The notes beneath the pieces were generated by a model, which saw only the letters and a program-made list of their open reading frames with translations, ran no database searches and was not told the DNA's origin. The translations under genes and the position numbers were made by a program. Shown here one piece after another: positions 18,260 through 26,936 of a stretch of 64,000 nucleotides of DNA; the stretch's first letter is position 1, and every line of letters begins with the position of its first letter. Origin of the DNA: an uncultured Planctomycetia bacterium (lineage in GTDB: Bacteria; Omnitrophota; Gorgyraeia; 1-14-0-20-64-10); the NCBI GenBank assembly GCA_964597545.1, contig CAZQXN010000005.1, positions 12,647-76,646 on the forward strand, in the 5' to 3' direction.

Positions 18260-19662
18260 GCCGAACCACCCAAGGCATGCTTACCAGACAGCGCTCGAGG
18301 CCCGACTACAAGTCCCCATCCACCCGCTGAAGCCAAGATCAGCAGAAACGGTAGGACCATGTCCCTCATTCTCAAGACGGTTCCGGCGTTGCCGTTGGTC
18401 AGCGCCCCCAGAAGAATCCATGCACCTAAGAAACAGATGAGATACAGAGAGCGCTTGGCATTCCAAAAAAGGGAGAAAAGGAATCCTGCCAGGATCAGCG
18501 GAAGGAGCAGATACCACATCGCCATAATCGGGTACCAGGCGAGCGAAAAGAGAGAATCCATCCGTTTGGGCAGGGGCTCAACCAAGTAATGATAGATGGC
18601 TCGGCCGGCAGCGCGGCCGACAAAGGGGAGTGTGATCTTATCGCGGGAGGGCGTGTAGAAGGAACCGGGGGTATAGTGTTCCTCAGGAAGGTATCGGTAA
18701 GAAATCCCGGGCGTGCTGCAGAAACCCAAGTGGATTTGAAACGCCCTAAGAAAGAAGGGGCGGACATCCGGCCGAAACCCCACAAAGCCTACCAAAAGCC
18801 CCACGACGATCAAGGCTCGCCAGCGGAACCTCCAGGGATAAACCAAGATCCAGCCCACGGCTGTGCCGCCCAACAGGCCTAAGGAGTAGATCCCCGTTCG
18901 AAGCGTGGCATGAGCCATCAGGCAGAGAAGGCACAGGCCTCCCAGGAGGAGCCGCTGTTTCAGGGGACGCGCCTGCACAATCTTAAACGACAGCAGCAGC
19001 ACCAGGGCTGTCAAGAATAACAGGCTGGACTCCTTGAGATTGCTGGCCGACCAAAGCAGCAAGGAGGGCCACAGCGTTACCGCCACAGAAGCCCACCGGG
19101 CTACCGTGCCGTTGAAGCTGGCCTTTGCCAAGAAGAAAACCAAAAGCGCAAGACCCGCGCCCAAGAGACAGTTAATCCATTTAACCGCAATGGGGCTGTA
19201 TCCGAAGAGCGCGTAAAAGGCACCGACCACATAGGCGTAGCCATTCCAACCGTATGTCTGTTGCGCGCGATAGACGACAACCGGCTCTCGGACGCCCCGC
19301 GCAAACTGGACGATGGCATATCCCCGCTGAGAGAGGTAGTCGCTGTCCCCCATCCGCATGTACCAGCGCGTCTTATCCGTTACGCCCAGATCCCATTCCT
19401 GTGCGGGCCCGTACCGATGCGGCCACTCCTTCTCCATGACAGCCGAGATTCCGTCCAAGCCCAGCGAGAGGGCAACCCTCAGTAAAAAGGCAAAAACAAA
19501 TAGCCTCATGACAAAGCGTTTATCCGGTTGCGCTGCCCTTCTGTGCAGGGCCCAGGCGATACCCGCTGCCAAGGCCAAAAGAAACGCTCCGCCGGGTGAG
19601 TGGGTCCATAGTGCGCCCAGAAGGACGCCGAGAATGCCCAGGGAGGGCAAAGCCCGTTTCAT
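18256..19662 (-). CDS. Multi-pass membrane protein, GT-C / Wzy-like (polymerase or oligosaccharyltransferase candidate)
   Basis: Start moved to ATG 19662 (ATGA overlap). About 11 TM; acidic GDSDY in the first loop, SNLKES, and C-terminal NAGTVLRMR. Confidence 0.68.
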   Translation of the reverse strand: MKRALPSLGILGVLLGALWTHSPGGAFLLALAAGIAWALHRRAAQPDKRFVMRLFVFAFLLRVALSLGLDGISAVMEKEWPHRYGPAQEWDLGVTDKTRWYMRMGDSDYLSQRGYAIVQFARGVREPVVVYRAQQTYGWNGYAYVVGAFYALFGYSPIAVKWINCLLGAGLALLVFFLAKASFNGTVARWASVAVTLWPSLLLWSASNLKESSLLFLTALVLLLSFKIVQARPLKQRLLLGGLCLLCLMAHATLRTGIYSLGLLGGTAVGWILVYPWRFRWRALIVVGLLVGFVGFRPDVRPFFLRAFQIHLGFCSTPGISYRYLPEEHYTPGSFYTPSRDKITLPFVGRAAGRAIYHYLVEPLPKRMDSLFSLAWYPIMAMWYLLLPLILAGFLFSLFWNAKRSLYLICFLGAWILLGALTNGNAGTVLRMRDMVLPFLLILASAGGWGLVVGPRALSGKHALGGSA

Positions 19663-20957
19663 TCCTCTTGCCTCACAAGCTGGAGCAACGGAATGGGCCG
19701 AGAAGCCACCTCTCCCATAACGGATGAGCCAGGAATGCGCACATTGATTTGAGCCCCCTCGAATAATTTCTGACCGCGGCACTCAAGGTATTGCTCCTTC
19801 CAGGAGGTCACGATTTCGATGGGGAGCACTACCTTCACCAGCGCGGATCCACCCTCCCTGCCCTTCTCGGCGCTTAAGACCGTGATGGTTTTGGCTGCGT
19901 TTTCGTCGGCAGTCTGAACCTCAGGGTGATCCGGGTAAAGCCGCGCCAGATCCAAATCGCTCAAGCCGGAAAATCGCAGTACCACCACCGCTCTTGTTGA
20001 GATAGAGCTTTTCGGGGGCGCCAAAGCACCCTTTTCAAGCACTGCCTCTGCGCCATCGGGACGGGTTACCTTCAACGGCAGCCAACCTGGGGCTGAAGGT
20101 CGAAACGGGTGCGGCAGAGTGGCTTTGAGCACCGATGGGCTTAACCGCTGCACCTCTTGCAAAGAAACATCGCCCAGGGTAACCTCGCAACCCTTTCGGA
20201 AATCAGATCCCAGGATCAGCAGCTGCCGCACCTGAGCATCAATCCGATTGGGGCGCACCAATCGGACAGAGAGAGCGGTCTCTTTCTCGGTGGCCGCGGA
20301 GCTTAAGGTGTCGGTTCGGCTTTTGGTGGCAATTCCCTGCCAATGTGCGGTTTCTTCATTGGCATTGGTGACGGTTACGTAATACAAGTCCTGCGTAAGC
20401 CTCTCACCCACAATGGCCTCCAGCCGCGTGGTGCTTTGATGAACGAACCCCAGCACGGGAAATGAATCAATCGCTACCCTGCAATCGGGACCGAAATAAT
20501 CTCCCTTGATGACCAGGAGGGTTGTGTCCATTGTGGTGGGCAGCACCTCCACCTGAGAAATGGAAGGTGCCCAAACCACCTCGAAGGCCTCCTCCAAGAG
20601 CACAAAGCGGCCTCGGCCGTTTCGGATGCCGAGCCGGAAGATCCCCTCCGGGAATTCCTTGGGAATCCCGATGTCAATCCAAACCTTGTTGACAAAGGTG
20701 ACGTTCGCAAACGGAAGGTGGCCCAACTGAGCGGCGGTTTGCCGGTCAAAACCGGTTCCAAGGACCGTTAACTTGTCGGTTTCGCCAGTCACGACACGCC
20801 TGGGAGAAACCTTCTGGATGGCCAACTCCCGTTGCCCCTTTAGGCTTTGCAAACCAAAAACAAGCATCGGCCAAAGCAAGGTCAATAAGAGCAGGCCGGC
20901 CAGGTCTAGGACGTGAATCTTTCCCAGCAATCGCCCCTGAGGATCAACGAGCCGCAA
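19659..20957 (-). CDS. DUF4330-like protein with about 3 IPT/TIG repeats
   Basis: MRLVDPQGRLLGKIHVLDL + TM; repeats LTVLGTGF / LVIKGDYF / LLILGSDF, each ending in IRNGRG / VTVTNAN / LKVTRPDG. Paralog of 17225-18259. Confidence 0.7.
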   Translation of the reverse strand: MRLVDPQGRLLGKIHVLDLAGLLLLTLLWPMLVFGLQSLKGQRELAIQKVSPRRVVTGETDKLTVLGTGFDRQTAAQLGHLPFANVTFVNKVWIDIGIPKEFPEGIFRLGIRNGRGRFVLLEEAFEVVWAPSISQVEVLPTTMDTTLLVIKGDYFGPDCRVAIDSFPVLGFVHQSTTRLEAIVGERLTQDLYYVTVTNANEETAHWQGIATKSRTDTLSSAATEKETALSVRLVRPNRIDAQVRQLLILGSDFRKGCEVTLGDVSLQEVQRLSPSVLKATLPHPFRPSAPGWLPLKVTRPDGAEAVLEKGALAPPKSSISTRAVVVLRFSGLSDLDLARLYPDHPEVQTADENAAKTITVLSAEKGREGGSALVKVVLPIEIVTSWKEQYLECRGQKLFEGAQINVRIPGSSVMGEVASRPIPLLQLVRQEE

Positions 20958-21912
20958 AGCGCCCCCTCTCGGAGTCTGCGCACCCCCTGTTCAGCCCAGC
21001 GAAGAAGTTCACGACGTTCTGGGCACAGCGCAGCTCCATGGCTGCCCGGGAAGCCTGAGTCAATGAGGAGATGTGGGGCGTGAGGATGGCCTGAGGCATC
21101 TGGGCGAGTGGACCTTGGTACGGTTCGACCTGAAAGACATCCAGAGCCGCCCCTGAGAGGTGGCCTGATTGAAGGGCTTCAGTCAGGGCGACCTCATTCA
21201 CAAGATGCCCCCGGGCGGTATTGACCAAGCGGGCCCCAGGTTTCATGAGGGCAATTTCTGCTTTGTCCAGCAGGGGTCCTGCGTCCGGTTTGCGAGCAGC
21301 ATGCAGAGACACCACATCTGAGCGGCGAAGCAGCTCTTCGAGGGGAACCATGGCGACTCCGCTCGGCACCCCCTGCGCATTGACCTGGGGGTCGGTGGCG
21401 AGGAGGGTGGGTCCGAACGGCCGCAGCAGCGCCGCCGTAGCTCGGCCAATCCGCCCCAGACCTACCAAGCCGATTGTCCACTCCGAAAGGAGGTGGCCTG
21501 TCTCTTTGCGCCAGCGGCCCTGCCGAAAATCATGCAGGTGGCAAGAGAGGTTCCGGGCCAAAGACAAAATCATTGTAACGGCAAGCTGAGCAACCGCTGA
21601 AACCACTTCATCCGGAGTGGTTAGAATCTCGATCTTGTGGTGTCGAGCCGCCTCCAAGTCAATGGAATCGGTCCCGGTGCCGCAGCGGCTGATGCAGCGC
21701 AGTTCCGGAAGGGCCTGAAGTATCTCTGAATCGTAAGGCTCCACTCCAGCCAAAACCGCTTGGGCACCCCGCAGCTCCCTGGCCACCTCCTCCCGGCGCA
21801 ATCGATGACCCAGGGTGTTGCGCCGGAGGCTCAACCCTGCGGTATTGAGGAGCTCAAGGGGACGGTTGTCAGTTTCGCAAAACTGTTGGAGTGCAATATA
21901 AACTGATGGCAC
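20944..21912 (-). CDS. D-isomer 2-hydroxyacid (phosphoglycerate-type) dehydrogenase, no ACT domain
   Basis: Start moved to GTG 21912. SRCGTGTD, GLVGLGRIG, LVNTARG, ALDVFQVEP and LTPHI motifs. Confidence 0.9.
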   Translation of the reverse strand: MPSVYIALQQFCETDNRPLELLNTAGLSLRRNTLGHRLRREEVARELRGAQAVLAGVEPYDSEILQALPELRCISRCGTGTDSIDLEAARHHKIEILTTPDEVVSAVAQLAVTMILSLARNLSCHLHDFRQGRWRKETGHLLSEWTIGLVGLGRIGRATAALLRPFGPTLLATDPQVNAQGVPSGVAMVPLEELLRRSDVVSLHAARKPDAGPLLDKAEIALMKPGARLVNTARGHLVNEVALTEALQSGHLSGAALDVFQVEPYQGPLAQMPQAILTPHISSLTQASRAAMELRCAQNVVNFFAGLNRGCADSERGRFAAR

Positions 21913-21920
21913 CTGCGGCC

Positions 21921-23045
21921 TCAGGAAGGGTGTGTGGTTTGAACAGCGGCGCCGGGAGTCATGGGAAGCGTTTTTCCGGTGGCGGTACGCTCGCCGATGT
22001 ATTCGAAATAGGGATTGTTGGCAATCTTTTCCGTGAAGAACAGGGCCTTGCGGTGATACAGGTAGGGATTCGAGAAGATGGGGCAGACGCCAAAATGGAG
22101 GCGCCGTCGATCTTCCGCGCAAATGGGATAGTCCGCTATGGTCAGGTCGGTTTTGTAGGTCGGCCACGATTGAATCCGGTTGACCAGGAAAAGGATGCGG
22201 GCGTTCTGCACGGGGGCGGATTGCATGTAAAAATTGAACCAGTCCCGCGTCATCTCGCCAAATGAGGCGCAGTTGAATACCAGGTCCGCGGCATCCGGCT
22301 CCAGCATGCTGAATTTTGGGCAGGGCAGCAGCACAAAGTCGTACTGGCTCAGCCACTTGCGGTTTAGGGTGGTTTCCTGAAGCACTTCTCGGATTCCGGC
22401 AATGCGGGCCTTCGGCATCCACATCTTGAGGAAGTAGCGGGCCAGGAGGAGCTGTTCTGAAAAATCAGCCAGGATATGGTGCGTCCCTGGCCACTCCTGG
22501 CTGACGAGACCCGAGAAGATGCCGTAGCTTGAACCGATATCCAAAACAAGGTCCCCCGCTTTAAGCCCATCGCCGAGCGTATCCCGAAGAACGCTTTGGC
22601 ACCAAATGTGCTTGAGCCACCGGTAGGTCACCGCATGGCCCATGCGCCGGTAGACGAACGGCTGGCCCACCGGCGTGCAGGGATACTTTCGAAGGAGTGC
22701 TTCAGCGGTGGGGCTCGTCCGGATGACTTCCAGGCATTCGTCCAGCGTATGCCGAATTCCACGGCGCCCTCCCCCGATGAGGTTCCGGGGATCAAGTCGG
22801 TTGATGTAGAAGGTGGGGGCATCCGGGATGAAGATCCGAAGCCGGCGAAACTGCCGGAAAGCCTGCGGGTCAATGGAGCCGTCTTGACGAAAGAGACGGC
22901 CGGGCTCCTTGGAAACCAAGGCGCGCCACTTCGGGGGAAGCTTCTGCCTGGGCAGCCCCAGCAAACCTGCCTCTCGGGCCGCCTGGGCATCTGCCTGGAT
23001 CTCGGCCAACACTTCCTGTTCAATCCGGAGGGTGGAATCAGTCAT
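21921..23045 (-). CDS. Putative sugar O-methyltransferase-fold protein
   Basis: Start moved to ATG 23045 (ATGACTGA overlap with the cmoA stop). VLDIGSSYG, ILADFSEQL and NCASFGEM motifs. Confidence 0.72.
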   Translation of the reverse strand: MTDSTLRIEQEVLAEIQADAQAAREAGLLGLPRQKLPPKWRALVSKEPGRLFRQDGSIDPQAFRQFRRLRIFIPDAPTFYINRLDPRNLIGGGRRGIRHTLDECLEVIRTSPTAEALLRKYPCTPVGQPFVYRRMGHAVTYRWLKHIWCQSVLRDTLGDGLKAGDLVLDIGSSYGIFSGLVSQEWPGTHHILADFSEQLLLARYFLKMWMPKARIAGIREVLQETTLNRKWLSQYDFVLLPCPKFSMLEPDAADLVFNCASFGEMTRDWFNFYMQSAPVQNARILFLVNRIQSWPTYKTDLTIADYPICAEDRRRLHFGVCPIFSNPYLYHRKALFFTEKIANNPYFEYIGERTATGKTLPMTPGAAVQTTHPS

Positions 23046-23781
23046 TTTTGACACAGAGAAACCCAACAAAGTTGTACCACTGGAAAAAAGTCTCGGCGAT
23101 CTGGAAACCGGATCGCCTGAAAAGCTCTAGATCTTCATCGATTTGAAACGGTATCAAAACGTTTTCCAAGGCTTCACGCTTTCGCACGATCTCCTCGTTG
23201 CTGTAGCCGTTTCTCTTCTTGAAGGCGTAATAATTCTCGATGAACAGCCGGTTCATCTCGCCGCTGCGGGTCAGCACCTTCTCTGTCACAATGAATGCTC
23301 CGCCGCTGACCATCGATTGGTAGATGTGGCGGATGAGGCGGTCCCTGTACAGGGGGCGAACAAACTGAAGGGTCCAGCAGAGGGTAACAACGCTGGCATT
23401 TTCGAGGGAGAGATCGGGGTCGCTGATGTCCCGGCAGTGGATCTCGATCTGCTGTTCCAACTTCCTCTCTCTAACATGGGTCTTGGCCTGCTGAACCATC
23501 GGCTCCGAGCTGTCGTAACCCACCAACCGGGCCGATGGATCCTGAAGTATCTGGGCAGCGTTGATGAGCGTTGTTCCGGTGGAGCAACCCAGGTCGTAGG
23601 CCCGGGTGCCGGGGAGATAAAACTGCTTGGCCAACTCCTGAATCAGCATCTGCTGCTCCCGGTAAAAAGGGACGCTTCGGACCAACATGTCATCGAAGAC
23701 AGCGGCCACCTCACTGTTGAATTCGAAGTCGCTCCCTCGAGAAGCGGTACCCTGAAACACCTGATCTTTGCTCTTTTGCAT
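23038..23781 (-). CDS. cmoA: Carboxy-S-adenosyl-L-methionine synthase
   Basis: DFEFNSEVAAVFDDMLVRSVPFY, YDLGCSTG, WTLQF, TEK, FKKRNGYSNEEIVRKREALENVL and FQWYNF motifs. Start at the second Met by N-terminal similarity; ATG 23832 is the alternative. Confidence 0.9.
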   Translation of the reverse strand: MQKSKDQVFQGTASRGSDFEFNSEVAAVFDDMLVRSVPFYREQQMLIQELAKQFYLPGTRAYDLGCSTGTTLINAAQILQDPSARLVGYDSSEPMVQQAKTHVRERKLEQQIEIHCRDISDPDLSLENASVVTLCWTLQFVRPLYRDRLIRHIYQSMVSGGAFIVTEKVLTRSGEMNRLFIENYYAFKKRNGYSNEEIVRKREALENVLIPFQIDEDLELFRRSGFQIAETFFQWYNFVGFLCVKND

Positions 23782-23810
23782 GATTGCCTTGCCCCTTTCC
23801 TGCTGCCTCA

Positions 23811-23960
23811 CTGAAAAGAAATCAAACTGCATTCCCTCAACTTCACCGCCGTTTTGAGAACCTTCTCAAAGGGCTCCTCGTTGGCTTGAGTGACATCATA
23901 GAGTTCATCTGGTTTTCCTTGCGGAGGGATTCGCAGGTTGTTTCAGAAGGGAGCCTTCTA
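23811..23960 (-). ncRNA. Candidate structured 5' leader of cmoA (unassigned family)
   Basis: Seven nested complementary segments read by eye, closed by the perfect TTTGAGAA-GG-TTCTCAAA palindrome (23853-23870), plus a TCC-GCAA-GGA GNRA hairpin. No family match recognised. Confidence 0.3.
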
Positions 23961-24771
23961 TTACCGACTCAGTATAAGCTCCGGGGTTTCCCTTGTCTAG
24001 GTCTTTAAAAACAGCCTGCTGCAGGGGATCCGCCTCCAAGCAGCGACGCACTTCCGGGATCTCGCGCTGCTCATTGATGCCGCTGTAGCCTCTGGTGAAC
24101 GAAACGCTCATGAGTAGCACTTCATGTTCTACAATTCGGTTCTGATCGATGGATTCGGCTCGTTCCAGGGGGGTACGTGCAAGAGCGCTGTAGCGCCCCA
24201 GGAAATCTTTCCGATAAGCCAAAATCCCAAGAATTCGTCGCAGGGGTCCCGACGCTTCTCCCGCAGGCAGCGGCAAATGAGAGAAGTCGCGCGCGCACAC
24301 CAAAATGCGGCCCGACACTGAAAGGGCGCATTTCACGATCGATCGGTCCGCAAGCTCCTCACCCCTCTCAATCCTGGCCACCGCATTCCACGCAGGGATC
24401 TCCGGCCGCTCCTGGATCGCCTGAACCAGGCGCTCCAAATCGGAGGGAAGCACCAGGATCTCATCTCCTTGAACATTGACGACATGGGTGCAGTCCAAAG
24501 CTTGGGCCGCCTCCGCAACTCGGTCTGTGGCAGCGGGATGCTTGGGCGAGGTCATGAGCACCTGGCCTCCATTTTTCTCAACGACAGCTGCGATTTGGCG
24601 ATCACAGGTGGCGACCACGACGGTAGAAAATCCGCGGCACATCAGGGTACGCCTCCGAACATGCTCAATCATCGGAAGCCCCAAAATCTCCAGGAGGGGT
24701 TTCCCGGGCAGCCGCGAAGAGCCCATTCGAGCAGGGATAACAGCTGCAATTCGAATCATTGAACGCATCAT
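23905..24771 (-). CDS. KdsB-like (CMP-ulosonate) cytidylyltransferase
   Basis: VIPARMGSSRLPGKPL, VATCD, TDRVAE, NVQGDE and TPLERAESIDQNR motifs. Start moved to ATG 24771. Confidence 0.87.
   Translation of the reverse strand: MMRSMIRIAAVIPARMGSSRLPGKPLLEILGLPMIEHVRRRTLMCRGFSTVVVATCDRQIAAVVEKNGGQVLMTSPKHPAATDRVAEAAQALDCTHVVNVQGDEILVLPSDLERLVQAIQERPEIPAWNAVARIERGEELADRSIVKCALSVSGRILVCARDFSHLPLPAGEASGPLRRILGILAYRKDFLGRYSALARTPLERAESIDQNRIVEHEVLLMSVSFTRGYSGINEQREIPEVRRCLEADPLQQAVFKDLDKGNPGAYTESVIEGSLLKQPANPSARKTR
23971..23999 (-). promoter_or_regulatory. Putative internal sigma70 promoter upstream of cmoA
   Basis: TAGACA (23999-23994), exactly 17 nt, TATACT (23976-23971); each hexamer is 5/6 consensus. 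Confidence 0.6.
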
Positions 24772-24776
24772 CACAC

Positions 24777-25541
24777 CTACTGGGGTAACGTCCCGCAATC
24801 TATATTGAGGCACTGGCCGGTGATGGCCGATGCACCCTGAGAAACCAAGAAGTAAACAACCTCAGCGACCTCCTCGACCTTGGGCAATCGGCCCAGAGCA
24901 GTCTGGGTGGAGGCAAAGTTGGACAGATACGCCTCAACGGTTTCGCCCGCCGCAGGAGAAACCGGCTCCCGGAGGGCGGCATGGATCTGCTCGGTTTCCA
25001 CGTAGACCGGACAGACGGCGTTGACACGAATTCCCTTGGGCCCAAGCTCCTTGGCCAGCGACTGGGTGATGCCGTTGACCGCAAACTTGGCGGCGCAGTA
25101 AGCGCTGTTGTTGGTTGAGCCGCGCTTGCCCGCCAGAGAGGAAACGTTGACAATGACTCCTCCTGTGGGCATCCCCTCGGCTGCAGCTGCGCACCCCCAC
25201 AGGGTACCCAAGAGAGAAGTCTCAATCACCTTCTGGACGAAGAGCTCATCAATGTCATGCAGCGATTTCCAACGAGACACCCCCGCGCAGTTGATGAAGA
25301 CGTCCAAAGAACCGAAACGCTCCCTGGCGGCGCGAACAAAGCGGTGCATCCCATCCCGCTGCCGGACATCGACCCGCTCATGAAAAATCCCCTTAGGCAG
25401 CGGGGGTTGCGGGGTTGCGCGCGAGCAAACCGCCACTTGATCGCCCCGGTTGCAGAAAAGTTCCGCAATCGCCCGGCCGATCCCCCGGCTGCCGCCGGTG
25501 ATCACCACACCCCTGCTCTTTTGAGCTTGGTTCTCCTCCAT
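24777..25541 (-). CDS. Short-chain dehydrogenase/reductase
   Basis: TGGSRGIG, INCAG, YCAAK and IRVNAVCP motifs. Confidence 0.92.
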   Translation of the reverse strand: MEENQAQKSRGVVITGGSRGIGRAIAELFCNRGDQVAVCSRATPQPPLPKGIFHERVDVRQRDGMHRFVRAARERFGSLDVFINCAGVSRWKSLHDIDELFVQKVIETSLLGTLWGCAAAAEGMPTGGVIVNVSSLAGKRGSTNNSAYCAAKFAVNGITQSLAKELGPKGIRVNAVCPVYVETEQIHAALREPVSPAAGETVEAYLSNFASTQTALGRLPKVEEVAEVVYFLVSQGASAITGQCLNIDCGTLPQ

Positions 25542-25549
25542 TGTGTCCC

Positions 25550-26308
25550 CTAGATTGTCATGGCGGTAAACCCGCCATCCACTGTAACCACCGAACCCGT
25601 TACGAAGCTGGAAGAATCTGAGGCCAACCAGACAACAGCCCCCACCAACTCGCTGGGTTTGGCAAACCGGTTCATTGGGGTGTGCCCCAAAATCTTCTCT
25701 TTTCGTTCCGCATCAATGAAATGCTTCATGCTCCACTCGGTCGGAAGAAAACCGGGCTTGAGTGCGTTGACGCGAACGTTAAAGGGGGCCCATTCCCGCG
25801 CCAGATTCTGCGTCAGGTTCAACACCCCTGCCTTGGCAGCCGAATAGACGAATGCCCTGGACAAGGGAGGGTCGGCAGAGACCGACGTGAAGTTGATGAT
25901 GGAACCAGACTTCTGCTTGATCATGGTCTCTCCGAATACCTGACAGGCATAGAGCGTACCGCCCAGATTCACGCCGAGAATCCAGTCGATCTCCTCTTGA
26001 GTAATCTCGAAGAACGGCGTCGGCGCATTGGCTCCAGCGCCGTTGAGGAGCAGATCCACCCGTCCATGCTTGGCGAGGATCTCTTCTCGACAGCGGATGA
26101 GTCCCTCTTTTGAAGTCACATCGCACGACAGGACATCAACGGATGCGGGCACGCCGGCTTTGCGCGCCTGCTCCTCGGGCGCCGCATCCAAAACCGTCAC
26201 GGCCACCCCGGCTTCATCCAACGCTTTGGCCAGGGTGGAGCAGATGTATCCGGCGCCCCCCACGACAACGGCGCGCTTTCCCTTTAGATTGAACCGATCA
26301 TTTGACAT
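25550..26308 (-). CDS. Short-chain dehydrogenase/reductase (sugar-acid oxidoreductase-like)
   Basis: VVGGAGYIC, LNGAGAN, YSAAK and TPMNRF motifs. Confidence 0.9.
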   Translation of the reverse strand: MSNDRFNLKGKRAVVVGGAGYICSTLAKALDEAGVAVTVLDAAPEEQARKAGVPASVDVLSCDVTSKEGLIRCREEILAKHGRVDLLLNGAGANAPTPFFEITQEEIDWILGVNLGGTLYACQVFGETMIKQKSGSIINFTSVSADPPLSRAFVYSAAKAGVLNLTQNLAREWAPFNVRVNALKPGFLPTEWSMKHFIDAERKEKILGHTPMNRFAKPSELVGAVVWLASDSSSFVTGSVVTVDGGFTAMTI

Positions 26309-26933
26309 GGGCTTGTACCAGTTCTTTAAAATGAGTTACGTCCTTTCCGACAGCACCAAAATGGACCCCTGCGGCTTGAGCTGCCCGGGAATCCTCTTGA
26401 GTGTCCCCAAAGAAAACGATTTCTTCCGGCCGCCAGTTTTTACTCTTCTGTAGCTCTTTTAACCACAAGGACTTCTCAACCGGAGCCCCCCGAATCTGAC
26501 GGAAGTATTCCATCCAACCCCTCTGCTTCAAAATCTCCAGGAGCACCTGGTGCGGCGTACTTGAGAGCAGCCCTGTCCAATGGGTTTCCTGCACGTGACG
26601 CAAAAAATCCAAAGCCCCCGGAATCTCGCGAGCCCGAATGATTTGGCCGGTCGTCTCAGCCTCAAAACAGCGGTGAAGCTTGGCGTCCACTTCGGGGGTA
26701 TAGGGCAGTTTCAGAATTGTCTCGTAGACCGTGCGAAACTTAACATCCCTGGGTGTATGGTGATGGTTGTTGCAGTAAGCCAGGATCTCCTCCTGTCTCT
26801 GCGGAAAATCATCAAATACCCGCTCAAACGCCCGTGCCTTGATGGGATTGGAATCGACCAGGGTGCCGTCGAAATCAAAAACCAATCCCCGCGCGCGGGC
26901 AAACCGGCACTGAACCTCCGAAGCCCCTGACAT
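26298..26933 (-). CDS. HAD-family phosphatase
   Basis: FDFDGTL (motif I), LSST, K and FFGDTQED (motif IV). Confidence 0.9.
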   Translation of the reverse strand: MSGASEVQCRFARARGLVFDFDGTLVDSNPIKARAFERVFDDFPQRQEEILAYCNNHHHTPRDVKFRTVYETILKLPYTPEVDAKLHRCFEAETTGQIIRAREIPGALDFLRHVQETHWTGLLSSTPHQVLLEILKQRGWMEYFRQIRGAPVEKSLWLKELQKSKNWRPEEIVFFGDTQEDSRAAQAAGVHFGAVGKDVTHFKELVQAHVK

Positions 26934-26936
26934 GAT

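Noticed and set aside
20944-22422. 492-aa version of the dehydrogenase, or a serA call
   Set aside because: The first 170 codons overlap the methyltransferase gene out of frame. The true start is probably GTG 21912. It lacks the regulatory domain and sits in glycan context, so it is not called serA.
23900-23980. Loose resemblance to a SAM-I riboswitch (CTTAT..GAG..GGT..CAACC..TGCGAATCC..AGATGA), c-di-AMP riboswitch or 6S RNA
   Set aside because: Core nucleotides and helices are missing (no AUC, no GCAACC/GGTGC P3, no GGGGA), and the 5' part overlaps the predicted -10. Kept only as an unassigned structured leader.
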